From positions 3,776,001 through 3,840,000 of the forward strand of contig OY969811.1 of assembly GCA_963703315.1 (NCBI GenBank): a stretch of DNA of 64,000 nt. The letters run 5' to 3'. Of this stretch, positions 8,658 to 19,626 are shown piece by piece (the stretch's first letter is position 1; each line of letters starts with the position of its first letter). Source of the DNA: an uncultured cyanobacterium (GTDB lineage: Bacteria > Cyanobacteriota > Cyanobacteriia > Pseudanabaenales > Pseudanabaenaceae). The translations under genes and the position numbers were made by a program. The notes under the pieces are model-generated. The model did not search any database. It was not told the DNA's origin and saw nothing but the letters and a program-made list of their open reading frames with translations.

Positions 8658-10187
8658 CTATTCAAACCCAAGTCTTCTTAACGCGAGTCGGCGATTTTTC
8701 CATATTTGAGGTTCTTGAGGTGAAATCTGAATTGCTTGATCGTAGGCAGCGATCGCTTCTTCGAGTAGTCCTAGTCCACTGAGGGCATTACCGCGATTGT
8801 ACCAAGCAAAATGATCATCCTGATTGATCTCCAAAGCCCGATCATGACTAGCGATCGCTTCTTCATACAGTTCCAACTTGCTCAGCACCAAACCGCGATT
8901 ATTCCATGCATAGTAGTCATCGGGACGAATTTCTAGAGCTTTGTCATAGCTGGCGATCGCCTCGGTAAAGTTTCCCCAATGTTCGAGAGCCTTAGCGCGA
9001 CTATACCAAATTTGATGATCACGGGGTTTATACTCTAGGGCGCGATCGTAACTGGCTACAGCTTCACCATATTTACCAATACTTTCAAGGGCGTAGGCAC
9101 GGCTAAACCAACCCTGTACATAGTCTGGTCTTAGGGCTAAGGCTTTCTCACAATAATTAATTGCTTCTTCATACTGCCCCAATACACTACAAACTAAGCC
9201 TTTGCCACCGTAGGAATAATAATAATCAGGCTTATGTTTTAGGGCGATGTTGTAACTATTGATTGCTTCTTCGTAGCGCCCTAGCATACTTAATGAAGTA
9301 CCCAGATTGTGCCACGCCGCATAAAAATCTTCTTTATAGGCGATCGCTTGACGATAGTTTTCGACAGCTTCCTCATGATGATTCGATAAATCTAGAGCAA
9401 CCGCACGGTTATACCAAGCCAAATGGTTATCAGAACGAATTTGCAATGCTAGATCACAATTTGCGATCGCCTCTTGACAACGATTGCCTGCTACTAATAA
9501 ACCGCCCTGCTCTAGCAATAGCTCAATCCGCCGCTCGGAAATTAAAGGCTGGGCATCAATCAGTTTTTGGAGATCGGCATATTTGCGATCGCGCTCCTCT
9601 TCACTGATTTGGGCATAGGCTTCATAACGATCCTCACTCACCCAACGAAAAGCTTCTTGACGCAGCAGTTCCATATCGGTCGGAAACTCAAATACCTCAA
9701 CGGCATCGTTAAAGAATTCGGGAGAGCTATCAATAAAAAACTTGAGCGCAAATAAGGGTAATAAAAATACAAAGCAGATCGGGAAACGCTCTTGGAGTTG
9801 GGATTGAGACAGGATCAGGTGAGCCAGTGGGCGAGGAATCTTATTTAATTTTTCGTTTAATGACGGATTTTCGAGATTATTAATTTTGCTTTCTAGAAAC
9901 TCTTCAATGCCTGTAATAAACACCAGATTTGCATCATGTAAATCTGGCTCATTAACGAACATTTCATAAAAATCAGAAATTGGGCGATCGAGTCTTAATA
10001 CCCTAACCTCTTGACCTGCTGCATCAACCTTTGTCCTCTTAATAATTTGTTCCCCTTCCGCAGGTGAACAACGCACAAACAGCATCCCAAAATTCTGCTT
10101 ATTTTTAAGTAAACCCAATAGATGCTGATATTCTGTCTCTGGATTTTTTAGAGCATCTTTATCCCAAGCGTTTCCAGTGTATTGCAT
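8658..10187 (-). CDS. Tetratricopeptide repeat protein
   Basis: About 8 tandem 34-aa AWYNRG..L..LG.YEEAIASYD.AL repeats in the C-terminal half. Confidence 0.9.
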   Translation of the reverse strand: MQYTGNAWDKDALKNPETEYQHLLGLLKNKQNFGMLFVRCSPAEGEQIIKRTKVDAAGQEVRVLRLDRPISDFYEMFVNEPDLHDANLVFITGIEEFLESKINNLENPSLNEKLNKIPRPLAHLILSQSQLQERFPICFVFLLPLFALKFFIDSSPEFFNDAVEVFEFPTDMELLRQEAFRWVSEDRYEAYAQISEEERDRKYADLQKLIDAQPLISERRIELLLEQGGLLVAGNRCQEAIANCDLALQIRSDNHLAWYNRAVALDLSNHHEEAVENYRQAIAYKEDFYAAWHNLGTSLSMLGRYEEAINSYNIALKHKPDYYYSYGGKGLVCSVLGQYEEAINYCEKALALRPDYVQGWFSRAYALESIGKYGEAVASYDRALEYKPRDHQIWYSRAKALEHWGNFTEAIASYDKALEIRPDDYYAWNNRGLVLSKLELYEEAIASHDRALEINQDDHFAWYNRGNALSGLGLLEEAIAAYDQAIQISPQEPQIWKNRRLALRRLGFE

Positions 10188-10242
10188 GGCTCTCCCATTT
10201 GACTGAATACTCCAGCTAAATCATACCAAAAAAGATTGAAGC

Positions 10243-10299
10243 CTAAAACCAAGAGTAGAGTAGTGGCGCAAAGCACCGCTACTCTACTCTTGGTTTTAG
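10243..10299. repeat. Long intergenic palindrome with GCGC-type core
   Basis: CTAAAACCAAGAGTAGAGTAG...CTACTCTACTCTTGGTTTTAG. Confidence 0.8.
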
Positions 10300-10371
10300 C
10301 TATAACATAGAGATTAGCTCAGGCAAACCCTGCGTTGCTCTATTTGAATAATCAAACGTTAGAAAAAGCTC

Positions 10372-11310
10372 ATGAACGATCGCTTAATTCGCGCCCTCAC
10401 CGCCGACGGCAGAGTCCGTGTCATTGGCGTGAATATCACTCAATCCCTTAATGAAGCGCATCGCCGCCATCAGTTATCGGCATTAGCCACAGCATCCCTT
10501 GGTCGAGCGATGAGTGCCAGCTTACTGCTTACATCGAATATGAAACAAGCTCAAGCCAGAGTAAACGTCAGGGTGGCAGGTGAAGGCGGATTGGGGTTAG
10601 TCTATGCTGATGCTGGTTTTGATGGGACAGTACGTGGCTTTGTCTCCAATCCCCACTTTGAGTTGCCACCCCTTGCTGATGGTCAGCAAAATGTGAGTCA
10701 GGGTATTGGACATACGGGTTTTCTCAAAGTAATGCGTGATGTTGGCTATGGTGAGCCCTATAGCAGCACGGTGGAGTTAATTGCGGGTGACATTGCCAAT
10801 GATGTCGCTTGGTACTTAGCTTCATCTGAGCAAACCTATTCCAAACTCATGCTCACGGAAGTAATTGATCAAGATAATAACGAGTCTCCTGTAAAAGTAG
10901 CCGCAGGACTGTTATTCCAAATTATGCCTAAAGCCACCCTTCGCGCCGCCAAAACTGCCAACCTGTCCCAAGAAGATTTGCTTCTACAACTAGAAGCCAA
11001 AAATGATCCGCAAAAATTTCTTGATTTACTCAACCAAAATCCAGCGATCGCCGATGTGATGACAGAATTATTTGCGGATATGCATCTAGATATCTTGCCG
11101 ATGAGTAAAGATGTGAAATTTCACTGTCCTTGCACCCTTGATCGGATGTTAGCGGCAATGAAAATGTTTGGTGAAGAAGACCTGCGATCGATGATTGCTG
11201 AAGATAAGGGCGCAGAAGCAACTTGTCATTTTTGTGGGGAAGTCTATCAAGCCACCACTGAGCAGTTAAATAGCTTGTTAACCGAACTGCGAGTTGAGGC
11301 AAAAGCTTAA
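10372..11310 (+). CDS. hslO: Hsp33 redox-regulated chaperone
   Basis: N-terminal DRLIRA, YLASSEQT, and C-terminal Zn motif CPC...CHFC. Confidence 0.95.
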   Translation: MNDRLIRALTADGRVRVIGVNITQSLNEAHRRHQLSALATASLGRAMSASLLLTSNMKQAQARVNVRVAGEGGLGLVYADAGFDGTVRGFVSNPHFELPPLADGQQNVSQGIGHTGFLKVMRDVGYGEPYSSTVELIAGDIANDVAWYLASSEQTYSKLMLTEVIDQDNNESPVKVAAGLLFQIMPKATLRAAKTANLSQEDLLLQLEAKNDPQKFLDLLNQNPAIADVMTELFADMHLDILPMSKDVKFHCPCTLDRMLAAMKMFGEEDLRSMIAEDKGAEATCHFCGEVYQATTEQLNSLLTELRVEAKA

Positions 11311-11418
11311 GGGATATTAATATAGAGCGCTTTGCGCTCTACAAATTCTCCAATTGTGGTAACTTCACCTTAAGAAACTCCTCACCCACAATCACAAAAC
11401 TTTTACAGATCAAACTTT

Positions 11419-12294
11419 ATGACAGTTAACGCGCAAATTGGCATCATTGGCGGCAGTGGTCTCTACAAAATGTCTGCCCTGACTAATGTTCAAGAAATTA
11501 ACATTGATACCCCCTTTGGCAAAACCTCCGATGCCTTTATCTATGGCGAACTATCAGGTACACCTGTGCTATTTCTTGCCAGACATGGGCGATTGCACCA
11601 TTTGCTGCCCTCAGAAGTCCCCTATCGTGCCAATATTTATGCGCTAAAAAGTCTTGGTGTGGAGTACATTATCTCTGCCTCAGCCGTCGGTTCTTTACAG
11701 GAATATGCACGTCCCCTTGACATTGTGTTGCCCGATCAGTTTATCGATCGCACGACTCGCCGTACCTCGACATTTTTTGGTGAAGGGATAGTTGCTCACG
11801 TTGCCTTCGGGGAGCCAATTTGCAAATCACTGCTTTCCGTCGTTGCTTCTGCGGCAGAAGGGGTCGATTTAGGGCGCAACAAAGTCCATAAAGGCGGGAT
11901 TTATCTCTGTATGGAAGGACCTGCTTTCTCCACTAAGGCTGAGTCCCTGCTCTATCGCAGTTGGGGCGCTAAGGTAATTGGGATGACTAATCTCACGGAG
12001 GCAAAGCTTGCTCGTGAAGCCGAAATCGCCTATGCCACGATCGCCTTAGTCACCGATTATGACTGTTGGCACGATGATCATGAAAGTGTGACGGTAGATA
12101 TGATCATTCAAAATTTACATAAAAATGCTTTGAATGCTCAAACCGTCATTCAAAATGCGGTAGCTAAAATTGCTGCCAACCCACCGAAGTCAGAAGCCCA
12201 TCATGCTCTGAAGACTTCGATCTTGACGGATTTGAGTAAAGTGTCCGATAGTACTCGCGATCGCTTAAAAGTAATCCTGCAAAAGTATCTTTAA
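11419..12294 (+). CDS. mtnP: S-methyl-5'-thioadenosine phosphorylase
   Basis: [28 protein letters not shown] and VTDYDCW motifs. Confidence 0.95.
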   Translation: MTVNAQIGIIGGSGLYKMSALTNVQEINIDTPFGKTSDAFIYGELSGTPVLFLARHGRLHHLLPSEVPYRANIYALKSLGVEYIISASAVGSLQEYARPLDIVLPDQFIDRTTRRTSTFFGEGIVAHVAFGEPICKSLLSVVASAAEGVDLGRNKVHKGGIYLCMEGPAFSTKAESLLYRSWGAKVIGMTNLTEAKLAREAEIAYATIALVTDYDCWHDDHESVTVDMIIQNLHKNALNAQTVIQNAVAKIAANPPKSEAHHALKTSILTDLSKVSDSTRDRLKVILQKYL

Positions 12295-12326
12295 ACCATA
12301 GTCTATTGAGGCTTTAAGTAGTAGAG

Positions 12327-12440
12327 ATCAATTTTTGAAAGCGCTGCGAAGCGGCGCTTTCAAAAATTGATTTGGGTTTTAATTCAGCGCAAAGCGCTGT
12401 ATCTAAAAAAGAGCAGCGCTTTGCGCCGCTCTTTTTTTAG
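12327..12440. repeat. Cluster of REP-like GCGC-core hairpins
   Basis: ATCAATTTTTGAAAGCGC..GCGCTTTCAAAAATTGAT, CAGCGCAAAGCGCTG, and AAAAAAGAGCAGCGCTTTGCGCCGCTCTTTTTT. Confidence 0.75.
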
Positions 12441-12513
12441 TTTGTATGTCTTGTGTTATACCTTATGTATTTTTTAGTCTAAGCTACTTCATGTATAGCG
12501 ATCTCTCACAAAA

Positions 12514-13929
12514 ATGCGTAGATACTCGTTTTTACGACTTGGTATTAATATCGGTGCATTTTTACTGCTAGGAATGGGTCTGGTGGTGATATATGGGTGG
12601 TTTATCGGTTCAGTAAGTTTGATTCAGATCCAACCTCAATTTGTGCCAATGCAGTTCAATACAGCTTTAGGATTTGTCCTGATCGGCTTGTCACTTATGG
12701 GATTTATCAATCATCGGCGGAAATTAGTTAAATATCTTGGACTAGTACTAGTCTTATTGGGAGGATTAACCCTAGCCCAACATATATTTGGGGTTAATTT
12801 GGGGATTGATGAGCTATTCATGAAGCATTACATCACGATCTCGACTTCTCAACCTGGTCGGATGGCTCCAAATACAGCTTTAAGCTTTTTACTAAGTGGC
12901 TCGGCAATCTTAACTATGTCCAAACCGAAAATCGGAGTCCATCAGCTTTTGATATGTAGTGTGTTGGGATCTTTAATTATGGGATTAGGAACTGTCGCTT
13001 ACTTTGGGTATTTGTCAAAAGTAGAGACAGCTTACGGTTGGGGCAATCTCACCAAAATGGCGCTCCATACTTCGATTGGGTTCATCGTTGTTGGGTTGCT
13101 CGTAATCATCGCCATCCGACATTTGAGTTGGCGCATCCAGAAAAAAATGTCGTCTTTAGTATTACCGATCACTTCTGGGGTGCTTGGTTTCACAGTTACT
13201 CTTTGTCTATGGCAAGCGCTTTATTCATCGGAACTATATGTCAAGAATCAATATGGCATCAAACCCACAAACTTTGTTGCCGAAGGGATTTTGGTCGTTG
13301 GCGGATTATTTTCGATTGTGATTGTGATCGCGACTTGGTTTGCGATCAGATCCCATGAACAGTTACAGGATTTAAAATTAGCCCAAGCTGAAATTTTAGC
13401 GCTTAATAAACAATTAGAGAAAATATCCTATCTTGACGGTTTGACAGAAATTCCCAATCGTCGCGCCTTTGATATTGCGATCGAAAATGAATTAGGACGC
13501 GCTTCCCGATATCAACATTCTATTGCTTTAATTCTGTTTGATATTGATTATTTCAAGTCCTACAATGACTACTACGGACACCAAATGGGCGATCGCTGTC
13601 TGCAACAAGTTGCACATACGATTAATACAATGGCTAAGCGTAAAACCGATATCGCAGCGCGTTATGGTGGTGAAGAATTTGTTTTATTGTTACCTGATGC
13701 TGCCATCAGCGATGCGACGAGGATTGCAGCAATAACATTACAGGCGATCGCTGATTTACAAATCCCCCACAAATCCTCAAAGGTTAGCGATACAGTCACT
13801 CTCAGTGCAGGCGTTAGTGTTTGTATCCCCAATCAGCACATAACTTCTGAAGAATTAATTTGGGGCGCGGATCAAGCTCTATATGAAGCGAAAGCTCAGG
13901 GGAGAGCGCGTGTTGTCGCAATGACATAA
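12514..13929 (+). CDS. Membrane-bound diguanylate cyclase (GGDEF)
   Basis: Multiple TM helices; DGLTEIPNRR, DIDYFKSYND, RKTD I-site, ARYGGEEF. Confidence 0.93.
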   Translation: MRRYSFLRLGINIGAFLLLGMGLVVIYGWFIGSVSLIQIQPQFVPMQFNTALGFVLIGLSLMGFINHRRKLVKYLGLVLVLLGGLTLAQHIFGVNLGIDELFMKHYITISTSQPGRMAPNTALSFLLSGSAILTMSKPKIGVHQLLICSVLGSLIMGLGTVAYFGYLSKVETAYGWGNLTKMALHTSIGFIVVGLLVIIAIRHLSWRIQKKMSSLVLPITSGVLGFTVTLCLWQALYSSELYVKNQYGIKPTNFVAEGILVVGGLFSIVIVIATWFAIRSHEQLQDLKLAQAEILALNKQLEKISYLDGLTEIPNRRAFDIAIENELGRASRYQHSIALILFDIDYFKSYNDYYGHQMGDRCLQQVAHTINTMAKRKTDIAARYGGEEFVLLLPDAAISDATRIAAITLQAIADLQIPHKSSKVSDTVTLSAGVSVCIPNQHITSEELIWGADQALYEAKAQGRARVVAMT

Positions 13930-13962
13930 CAAAGGCGGTGCAATGCGCCGCCTTTGTTATGT
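13924..13962. terminator. Bidirectional hairpin between convergent genes
   Basis: ACATAACAAAGGCGGTGC-AAT-GCGCCGCCTTTGTTATGT. Confidence 0.65.
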
Positions 13963-14751
13963 TTAAATTTGTGGCTCGATACCAGCCGCCCGTAATTGAG
14001 CAAGTAATGTTTCAACTCGTTGATGCTCTTGATCGGCGCGTTGACTTTCCTGCTCAGCACGTTGACTTTCCTGCTCAGCGCGTTGACTTTCCTGCTCGGC
14101 GCGTTCAGATCCAGAGAGCAATAAATTTCCCTCAGCATCCCACCAACGCAGCCAAGGGAAATCAGAATTTTGATAGCGTCCTTGCCAAATTCCTAGCTCC
14201 ACACCAAGGGATTCAATGGGATAGTGACCGCGTTCATTGGGTTCTACCAATTCAAATTGGTTGCCAACAAAATGATATAAGGCGATCGCCGCTTTTTGGA
14301 CTTCATAAATGCCATAAAAGGCAGGACGAATCACCTGTTCATAAATAAAAAATTTACCTTTCCAAGGTGTTTTGTCTCGCTCTTCTTGACCATTGCCAGA
14401 TACAAACTCCAACACAATCAAAGGCGCAATAAATTCTTGCCACAGCACATAAGATCGTCTTGGCACGCCATTGACCAAACTTGGCGATACATTCGGGACA
14501 TAAAACCAATCTGGAGCTACGGCTCCCTTTTCTGGTGGATCGGTGATGCGCCAATAAATGCCACAATCCTGCCCGATCGCATAGTTCCCATCAGGATGAA
14601 TACTTTGCAAAACTGGAGCAATGGAATCCGTCAAGAGAATACTTTGGGGATGTTCTTGAAAATTTTTCACAAATGTACCATCGGAGTCTGGCAGTTGTGT
14701 ATGGTCTGGAAATGGTACTAGAGCAGGATCTTGATCCACCGTAAAGGTCAT
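13963..14751 (-). CDS. Uma2 family (DUF820) endonuclease-like protein
   Basis: LPDSDG..VKNFQEHPQS, APDWFYVP, VLEFVS, WLRWWD; C-terminal RAEQESQ repeats. Confidence 0.9.
   Translation of the reverse strand: MTFTVDQDPALVPFPDHTQLPDSDGTFVKNFQEHPQSILLTDSIAPVLQSIHPDGNYAIGQDCGIYWRITDPPEKGAVAPDWFYVPNVSPSLVNGVPRRSYVLWQEFIAPLIVLEFVSGNGQEERDKTPWKGKFFIYEQVIRPAFYGIYEVQKAAIALYHFVGNQFELVEPNERGHYPIESLGVELGIWQGRYQNSDFPWLRWWDAEGNLLLSGSERAEQESQRAEQESQRAEQESQRADQEHQRVETLLAQLRAAGIEPQI
14019..14104 (-). repeat. 21-nt tandem repeat encoding RAEQESQ heptads
   Basis: CGTTGACTTTCCTGCTC(A/G)G repeated 3 times plus a degenerate fourth copy. Confidence 0.85.
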
Positions 14752-14859
14752 GGCTTTAGCTCTCAGTAAAGTGTGTAACTTCTTGATTAATTATAGCGAC
14801 ACTACTTCATAAAAAAGGCGGCGCAGTGCGCCGCCTTTTGGGGTTTGCGCCCTAGCTAC

Positions 14860-15897
14860 TTAGTATTTGAGTCCTTTCACAGTCTCGAAAAAGAAACGAG
14901 CGTTATCTTCGGGAGTGTTGGGTAAAATGCCATGTCCGAGGTTCATGATGTGACCCCTGTTACCAGCTTTCTGGACAACTTCCAAAATGCGATCGCGAAT
15001 GTAGCTTTGCTCAGCAAACAGCACACAGGGATCGAGGTTACCTTGAACAGGAACATGACGACCAATGCGATCACGGGCATCAGCAAGATCCACAGTCCAG
15101 TCTACACTGACGATATCCACGCCTGATTTAGGCATCAGGTCAAGGACACCTGCGCTACCGCTAATGTAAAGAATCAATGGAGTATCAGGATATTTTGCCT
15201 TGACTTTATCGACAACCATTTTTTGATAAGGCAGAGCAAAGGTTTTATAGTCAGTTGGGCAAAGATGTCCTGCCCAAGAGTCAAACATCTGCACCACTTG
15301 AGTGCCGCATTCGATCTGGTGGATCACATAAGTGCCGATCATTTCAGCAATCTTGGTCAAAAAGCTATGGATAATCGCTGGCTCTTTGTATGCCAATGCT
15401 TTGATTACCGAATAATCCTTAGAACCCTTACCTTCAACAGAATAGGCGGCTAATGTCCAAGGTGCGCCCACAAAGCCAAGAATAGTCGCTTGATCTTTAA
15501 CTTCTTCTTTGATGGCGGTTAAAATCTTACGGATAAAAGGCACAGCCGTGTCAGGATCAAATTCTGTTAGAGCATCAACTTGGGCTTGAGTCCTGATTGG
15601 AGACTCGATGATAGGACCTCTGCTTTCGATGATGTCAAAGTTAATACCGATACCTGTGAGGGGGGTGAGGATATCGGAAAACATGATCACGCCGTCAGGT
15701 TGGAAAGCCCGAAATGGCTGTAAAGAAATTTCGGCAGCGAGTTCAGGGATTTCTGATCGCTCTCTAAATGTTGGATACTTTTCGCGCAAATCACGATACG
15801 CCTTCATATATCTTCCTGCTTGGCGCATCATCCATACTGGTGGACGATCCAGTACTTCACCTTTTGCCGCCCTGAGCAAGCGATCATTGCCTCCCAT
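14860..15897 (-). CDS. hemE: Uroporphyrinogen decarboxylase
   Basis: [33 protein letters not shown] and NLGHG motifs. Confidence 0.98.
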   Translation of the reverse strand: MGGNDRLLRAAKGEVLDRPPVWMMRQAGRYMKAYRDLREKYPTFRERSEIPELAAEISLQPFRAFQPDGVIMFSDILTPLTGIGINFDIIESRGPIIESPIRTQAQVDALTEFDPDTAVPFIRKILTAIKEEVKDQATILGFVGAPWTLAAYSVEGKGSKDYSVIKALAYKEPAIIHSFLTKIAEMIGTYVIHQIECGTQVVQMFDSWAGHLCPTDYKTFALPYQKMVVDKVKAKYPDTPLILYISGSAGVLDLMPKSGVDIVSVDWTVDLADARDRIGRHVPVQGNLDPCVLFAEQSYIRDRILEVVQKAGNRGHIMNLGHGILPNTPEDNARFFFETVKGLKY

Positions 15898-16273
15898 AAT
15901 TAACTCTTTCCTGTGTGTTTAAACTTTTTTATATATTGTGCTTTTGAATTATAGAACGTGACGTACAAGACACCAATGCTTGACTCCGAAAGTAAAGGAG
16001 AGGTCAAGGTCTTTGATTAAGTTTTTTTTAACTTTTTTGATCGCGATCGCATAGTCAAATCCTAGATTTAGCTATCAGTTCATGTCTAGCATCATTGACA
16101 AACTTAGTTTTTATTTAATCTCTGATGATAGCGAGATTACTTGTACTTTCTTTAAGATATGTTATTAATACTTAAGTTAGTAAAATTTAAGGGTTATGGG
16201 GAAAGATGTCTCGTTTCTCCTTGTAGCTCCTAAATTGAAAGTTTTAGCTAACCAATGGCTAGGTTAAATAACT

Positions 16274-16708
16274 GTGATTAATGAAGGGGTAAATTTGACA
16301 AAGGATGCTGATGTAGTAGGCAAGACATCAGAAGATGTAGCAGTACTGGCTACGGAGGCAAAATCGCCTTTGCAAAGGGGAGTCGCGATCGCAGTTACCT
16401 TAATAGCAGTGGTGATCGCGCTTGTGATCTGGCTATTGCGTACACCCGTTGATCCATATACCCAGTCAGTTCTCACTTTGTCAGGTGACCCTGTGCAAGG
16501 ACGTTCGATCTTTGTGATGAATTGTGTGGCTTGTCATGGAGAATGGGCAAATGGCAAAGTCGGTCCTAGTTTGCATGGTGTATCCGATCGCAAGTCCGAT
16601 GCTAAGTTAGTTCAACAGGTTGTAAGCGGCGAAACCCCACCGATGCCTCAGTTTCAACCTAGTCCACAGGATATGGCTGATTTGTTAAGCTATCTCAAAC
16701 AATTATAA
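16274..16708 (+). CDS. cytM: Cytochrome cM
   Basis: TM anchor, DPY..SVL.L.GD, CVACH haem motif, GPSL, TPPMPQFQP; exact start uncertain. Confidence 0.88.
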   Translation: MINEGVNLTKDADVVGKTSEDVAVLATEAKSPLQRGVAIAVTLIAVVIALVIWLLRTPVDPYTQSVLTLSGDPVQGRSIFVMNCVACHGEWANGKVGPSLHGVSDRKSDAKLVQQVVSGETPPMPQFQPSPQDMADLLSYLKQL

Positions 16709-16737
16709 AAAAGCGGCGCATTGCGCCGCTTTTTTAT
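16705..16737. terminator. Bidirectional hairpin containing the stop codons of both cytM and rph
   Basis: ATAAAAAAGCGGCGC-ATT-GCGCCGCTTTTTTAT. Confidence 0.7.
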
Positions 16738-17447
16738 TGTATTTGCAGCAATTCCCCGATTCCTTTTTCGGCAACATCTAACATTTGATCTAGTTGCGAT
16801 CGCGAAAATGTATCCGACTCGCCAGTACCTTGAACCTCAACCAGCTTGCCAGTGCTGTCCATCACCACATTCAGGTCAACACTTACTGCCAAGTCTTCTT
16901 GATAATTTAAGTCCAAAATCGGTTTGCCATCGATTAAACCCACCGAGACTGCGGCGACAGCATTACGGATCGGCGATCGCGTAATTTTTCCTTCAGCAAG
17001 TAGGCGATCGCAAGCTGCCTTTAAAGCTATAAATCCCCCCGTGATTCCACCTGTGCGCGTACCGCCATCCGCTTGCAGTACATCAATATCCACCGTAAAG
17101 GTGTAATTAGCGATCGCAGTCATATCTAGCGCCGCCCGTAAACTCCGCCCAATTAATCTTTGAATTTCTTGAGTACGCCCTGATAGTTTCATAAATTCGC
17201 GTTGTTGACGGGGAATTGTGGATGCAGGCATCATCCGATATTCTGCTGTCAGCCAACCTTGATTACTGCCCGTCAGAAATTTGGGTACACCTTCTTCGAT
17301 GGATACAGTGCAGATCAATTGCGTATCACCAAATTTTGCCAACACAGAACCCGCAGGCGCTTTGGTAAATGGCTGCTGTAATTGCACGGGGCGCAGTTGA
17401 TCCCAAGCTCTCCCATCAGGACGTTGAAAAATCGGCAAATCACTCAT
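16734..17447 (-). CDS. rph: Ribonuclease PH
   Basis: [48 protein letters not shown] at 17447. Confidence 0.97.
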   Translation of the reverse strand: MSDLPIFQRPDGRAWDQLRPVQLQQPFTKAPAGSVLAKFGDTQLICTVSIEEGVPKFLTGSNQGWLTAEYRMMPASTIPRQQREFMKLSGRTQEIQRLIGRSLRAALDMTAIANYTFTVDIDVLQADGGTRTGGITGGFIALKAACDRLLAEGKITRSPIRNAVAAVSVGLIDGKPILDLNYQEDLAVSVDLNVVMDSTGKLVEVQGTGESDTFSRSQLDQMLDVAEKGIGELLQIQ

Positions 17448-17687
17448 GATCACTGTTTGACTGTTTGTAAAATCTATCCAATCATATAGCAAGCACTTGC
17501 TGCTAGCGGCTATACAAAAGGTAAAGATGGCGATGCCATCTTTACCTTTTAACCCTTACTGGGTTTGGTTTTTAATTCACAAAAGTGTTGGCACATTTTT
17601 GTGAACGGGGATTACAGAGCGATCGCTACATAATTTGCAGGAAAAGATAGGCGGTGCTTTGCATCGCCTATCTTTTCCTGATTTTAA

Positions 17688-19334
17688 CTAATGTTGCAAC
17701 AAGGCAGAACGAGGAATTACCCGCATAATCTCTTTGATAGTTGTTACTCCTTGTAAGACCTTCTCGATCGCGGCAACTCGAAAGGACTGAAAATCGATAC
17801 TGCGTAGGTAAAGATCTAGTTGCGTCGATGTACCTTCATAAATAATTTGACGCATCGTGTCATTGATTTCTAATAGCTCAATCACTGCTTCACGGCCCAA
17901 GTAACCCGTATGAAAACATTTAGGACATCCTTTGCCTTGTCTGCATTTTTCCAAATTAACTGTAGATCGGTCTAATCCAATCACTTTCAATTCGGCATCA
18001 CTAGGGACATATACTTCTGCACAGTGTGGACAAACACGGCGAACAAGGCGCTGAGCAATCACCCCTAACAAAGCATCACTAACTAGACTTGAGCCAAGAT
18101 CTTTAAGTCGAGGGATAGCACTAGGTGCATCGTTGGTATGCATAGTGGTCAAAACCAAGTGACCAGTCAACGCCGCCCGAATTGCAGTTTCTGCCGTCTC
18201 ACTATCGCGCACTTCGCCCACCATAATAATGTCGGGATCTTGGCGGAGAATTGAGCGTAATCCTGCGGCAAACGTCATACCTGCGGCTTCATTGACTTGG
18301 GTTTGAGTAATATTTGACAAGACATACTCCACAGGATCTTCGACAGTAGTGACATTGACGCTTTTAGAGGCAATTACTTGCAAACTGGTATAGAGCGTGC
18401 TAGTTTTCCCAGAACCAGTGGGACCAGTAAAAATGATCATTCCCTGTGGTTGATGTAGCCAGCTTTCATAGGTTTGACGTGACTTTTCCGTAAATCCTAG
18501 ATCGGCAATACTCGAAAAGGGATTTTCTTGTGGAAGTAACCGAATTACAATTTTTTCTCCATTAACGCAGGGAAGTGTACTAACACGCATATCTAATCCC
18601 TTAGCATGATGGTCGTCACTAGTATATTTTTCACCAATACGCCCATCTTGGGGAATCCGACTTTTGGCAATATCCATTTCTGCCATCACTTTAAGCGCAA
18701 CAATAATTTTGCGGCTAATTGCTAAAGGTAATACTTGAACATCTCGCAAAATACCATCAACACGAAAGCGAATCCGTAATCCTTCTTTGGTTGGCTCTAG
18801 ATGAATATCGCTAGCACGGCTCTGCAAAGCACTAGTAATTATTGCCTTGATACGACTGATTTGATCTGCTGCTTTGGAGAGATGCATTTCTGCTGTCTCT
18901 GCGATCGCCATTGGGGCAAGTTCATCGGCAAAGGGAATGTCTGTCTCTGATAGAGAAATGAGATCGTTGCGAATATTTTGTTTGAGAAACCATTCTTGAT
19001 AACTCTTTTTCGTAATTGATACGACTTCAACAGTCATGTCCATCAAGTTACTAATCCTCTTGATGTCCAGTTCTGAAATTGTCTCAGGAACCCCAATGAA
19101 AAAACATTTTTGCCATAATAGAAGTGGGATAGCCTTTGGTAATCCTGTCTGGTTACGAGCCTGACGCAAGAAGAGTCCACTCAATTCTGTGTCCAGCAAA
19201 TTAATGTTTACACTTCCATCTAAATTAACAAGTCTAGTGATTGCTTCTTCACATGATATTTTGCCAGTTTTAAGTAATTGCCAAGGGGTTGAGGGAACAA
19301 TAGATAAATTAGGTGTGGGGGATTTAGCTTGCAT
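17688..19334 (-). CDS. GspE/PulE/PilB-family secretion ATPase (paralogue)
   Basis: ASDIHLEP, PQDGR, Walker A GPTGSGKT, LRQDPDIIMVGEVRD, AALTGHLV, CPHC...CPKC; ATG at 19334 or TTG at 19352. Confidence 0.93.
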   Translation of the reverse strand: MQAKSPTPNLSIVPSTPWQLLKTGKISCEEAITRLVNLDGSVNINLLDTELSGLFLRQARNQTGLPKAIPLLLWQKCFFIGVPETISELDIKRISNLMDMTVEVVSITKKSYQEWFLKQNIRNDLISLSETDIPFADELAPMAIAETAEMHLSKAADQISRIKAIITSALQSRASDIHLEPTKEGLRIRFRVDGILRDVQVLPLAISRKIIVALKVMAEMDIAKSRIPQDGRIGEKYTSDDHHAKGLDMRVSTLPCVNGEKIVIRLLPQENPFSSIADLGFTEKSRQTYESWLHQPQGMIIFTGPTGSGKTSTLYTSLQVIASKSVNVTTVEDPVEYVLSNITQTQVNEAAGMTFAAGLRSILRQDPDIIMVGEVRDSETAETAIRAALTGHLVLTTMHTNDAPSAIPRLKDLGSSLVSDALLGVIAQRLVRRVCPHCAEVYVPSDAELKVIGLDRSTVNLEKCRQGKGCPKCFHTGYLGREAVIELLEINDTMRQIIYEGTSTQLDLYLRSIDFQSFRVAAIEKVLQGVTTIKEIMRVIPRSALLQH

Positions 19335-19371
19335 AGTTTCTGATAAGTTCAATATGGTTACTTACTAGATT

Positions 19372-19401
19372 CATTCTGTCGAGTTGATAGGTTCTATGCA
19401 G
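19372..19401 (-). promoter_or_regulatory. Putative alternative-sigma promoter, copy 1
   Basis: Minus strand CTGCATAG-N14-ACAGAATG, about 38 nt upstream of the ATPase ATG. Confidence 0.6.
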
Positions 19402-19502
19402 ACCTTACGAAAAAACTAGCGTCATGCTCATCTAAAATTCGTTATCGCGCCTAGCAAGTAGAAGATGTTTCTACCCATTAACTTGTACTCCTAAAAAAGA
19501 AA

Positions 19503-19558
19503 ATTAGGCAAGTGGTGATGTTTATTGAATTTTCAATAAACATCACCACTTGCCTAAT
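19503..19558. terminator. Perfect 27-bp-arm palindrome downstream of the lectin-peptidase gene
   Basis: ATTAGGCAAGTGGTGATGTTTATTGAA-TT-TTCAATAAACATCACCACTTGCCTAAT. Confidence 0.65.
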
Positions 19559-19626
19559 CTGTGGAGTAACTTGATGTATATAGTTTGGCTGATGAGAAGC
19601 AGCAAACTTTAAGCTTGCTCAGTATC

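Noticed and set aside
13896..14348. Alternative-frame ORFs with repeated peptides (138 bp-scale VDFPAQR, SRKVNAL)
   Set aside because: Shadow frames of the 21-nt repeat in the Uma2 gene
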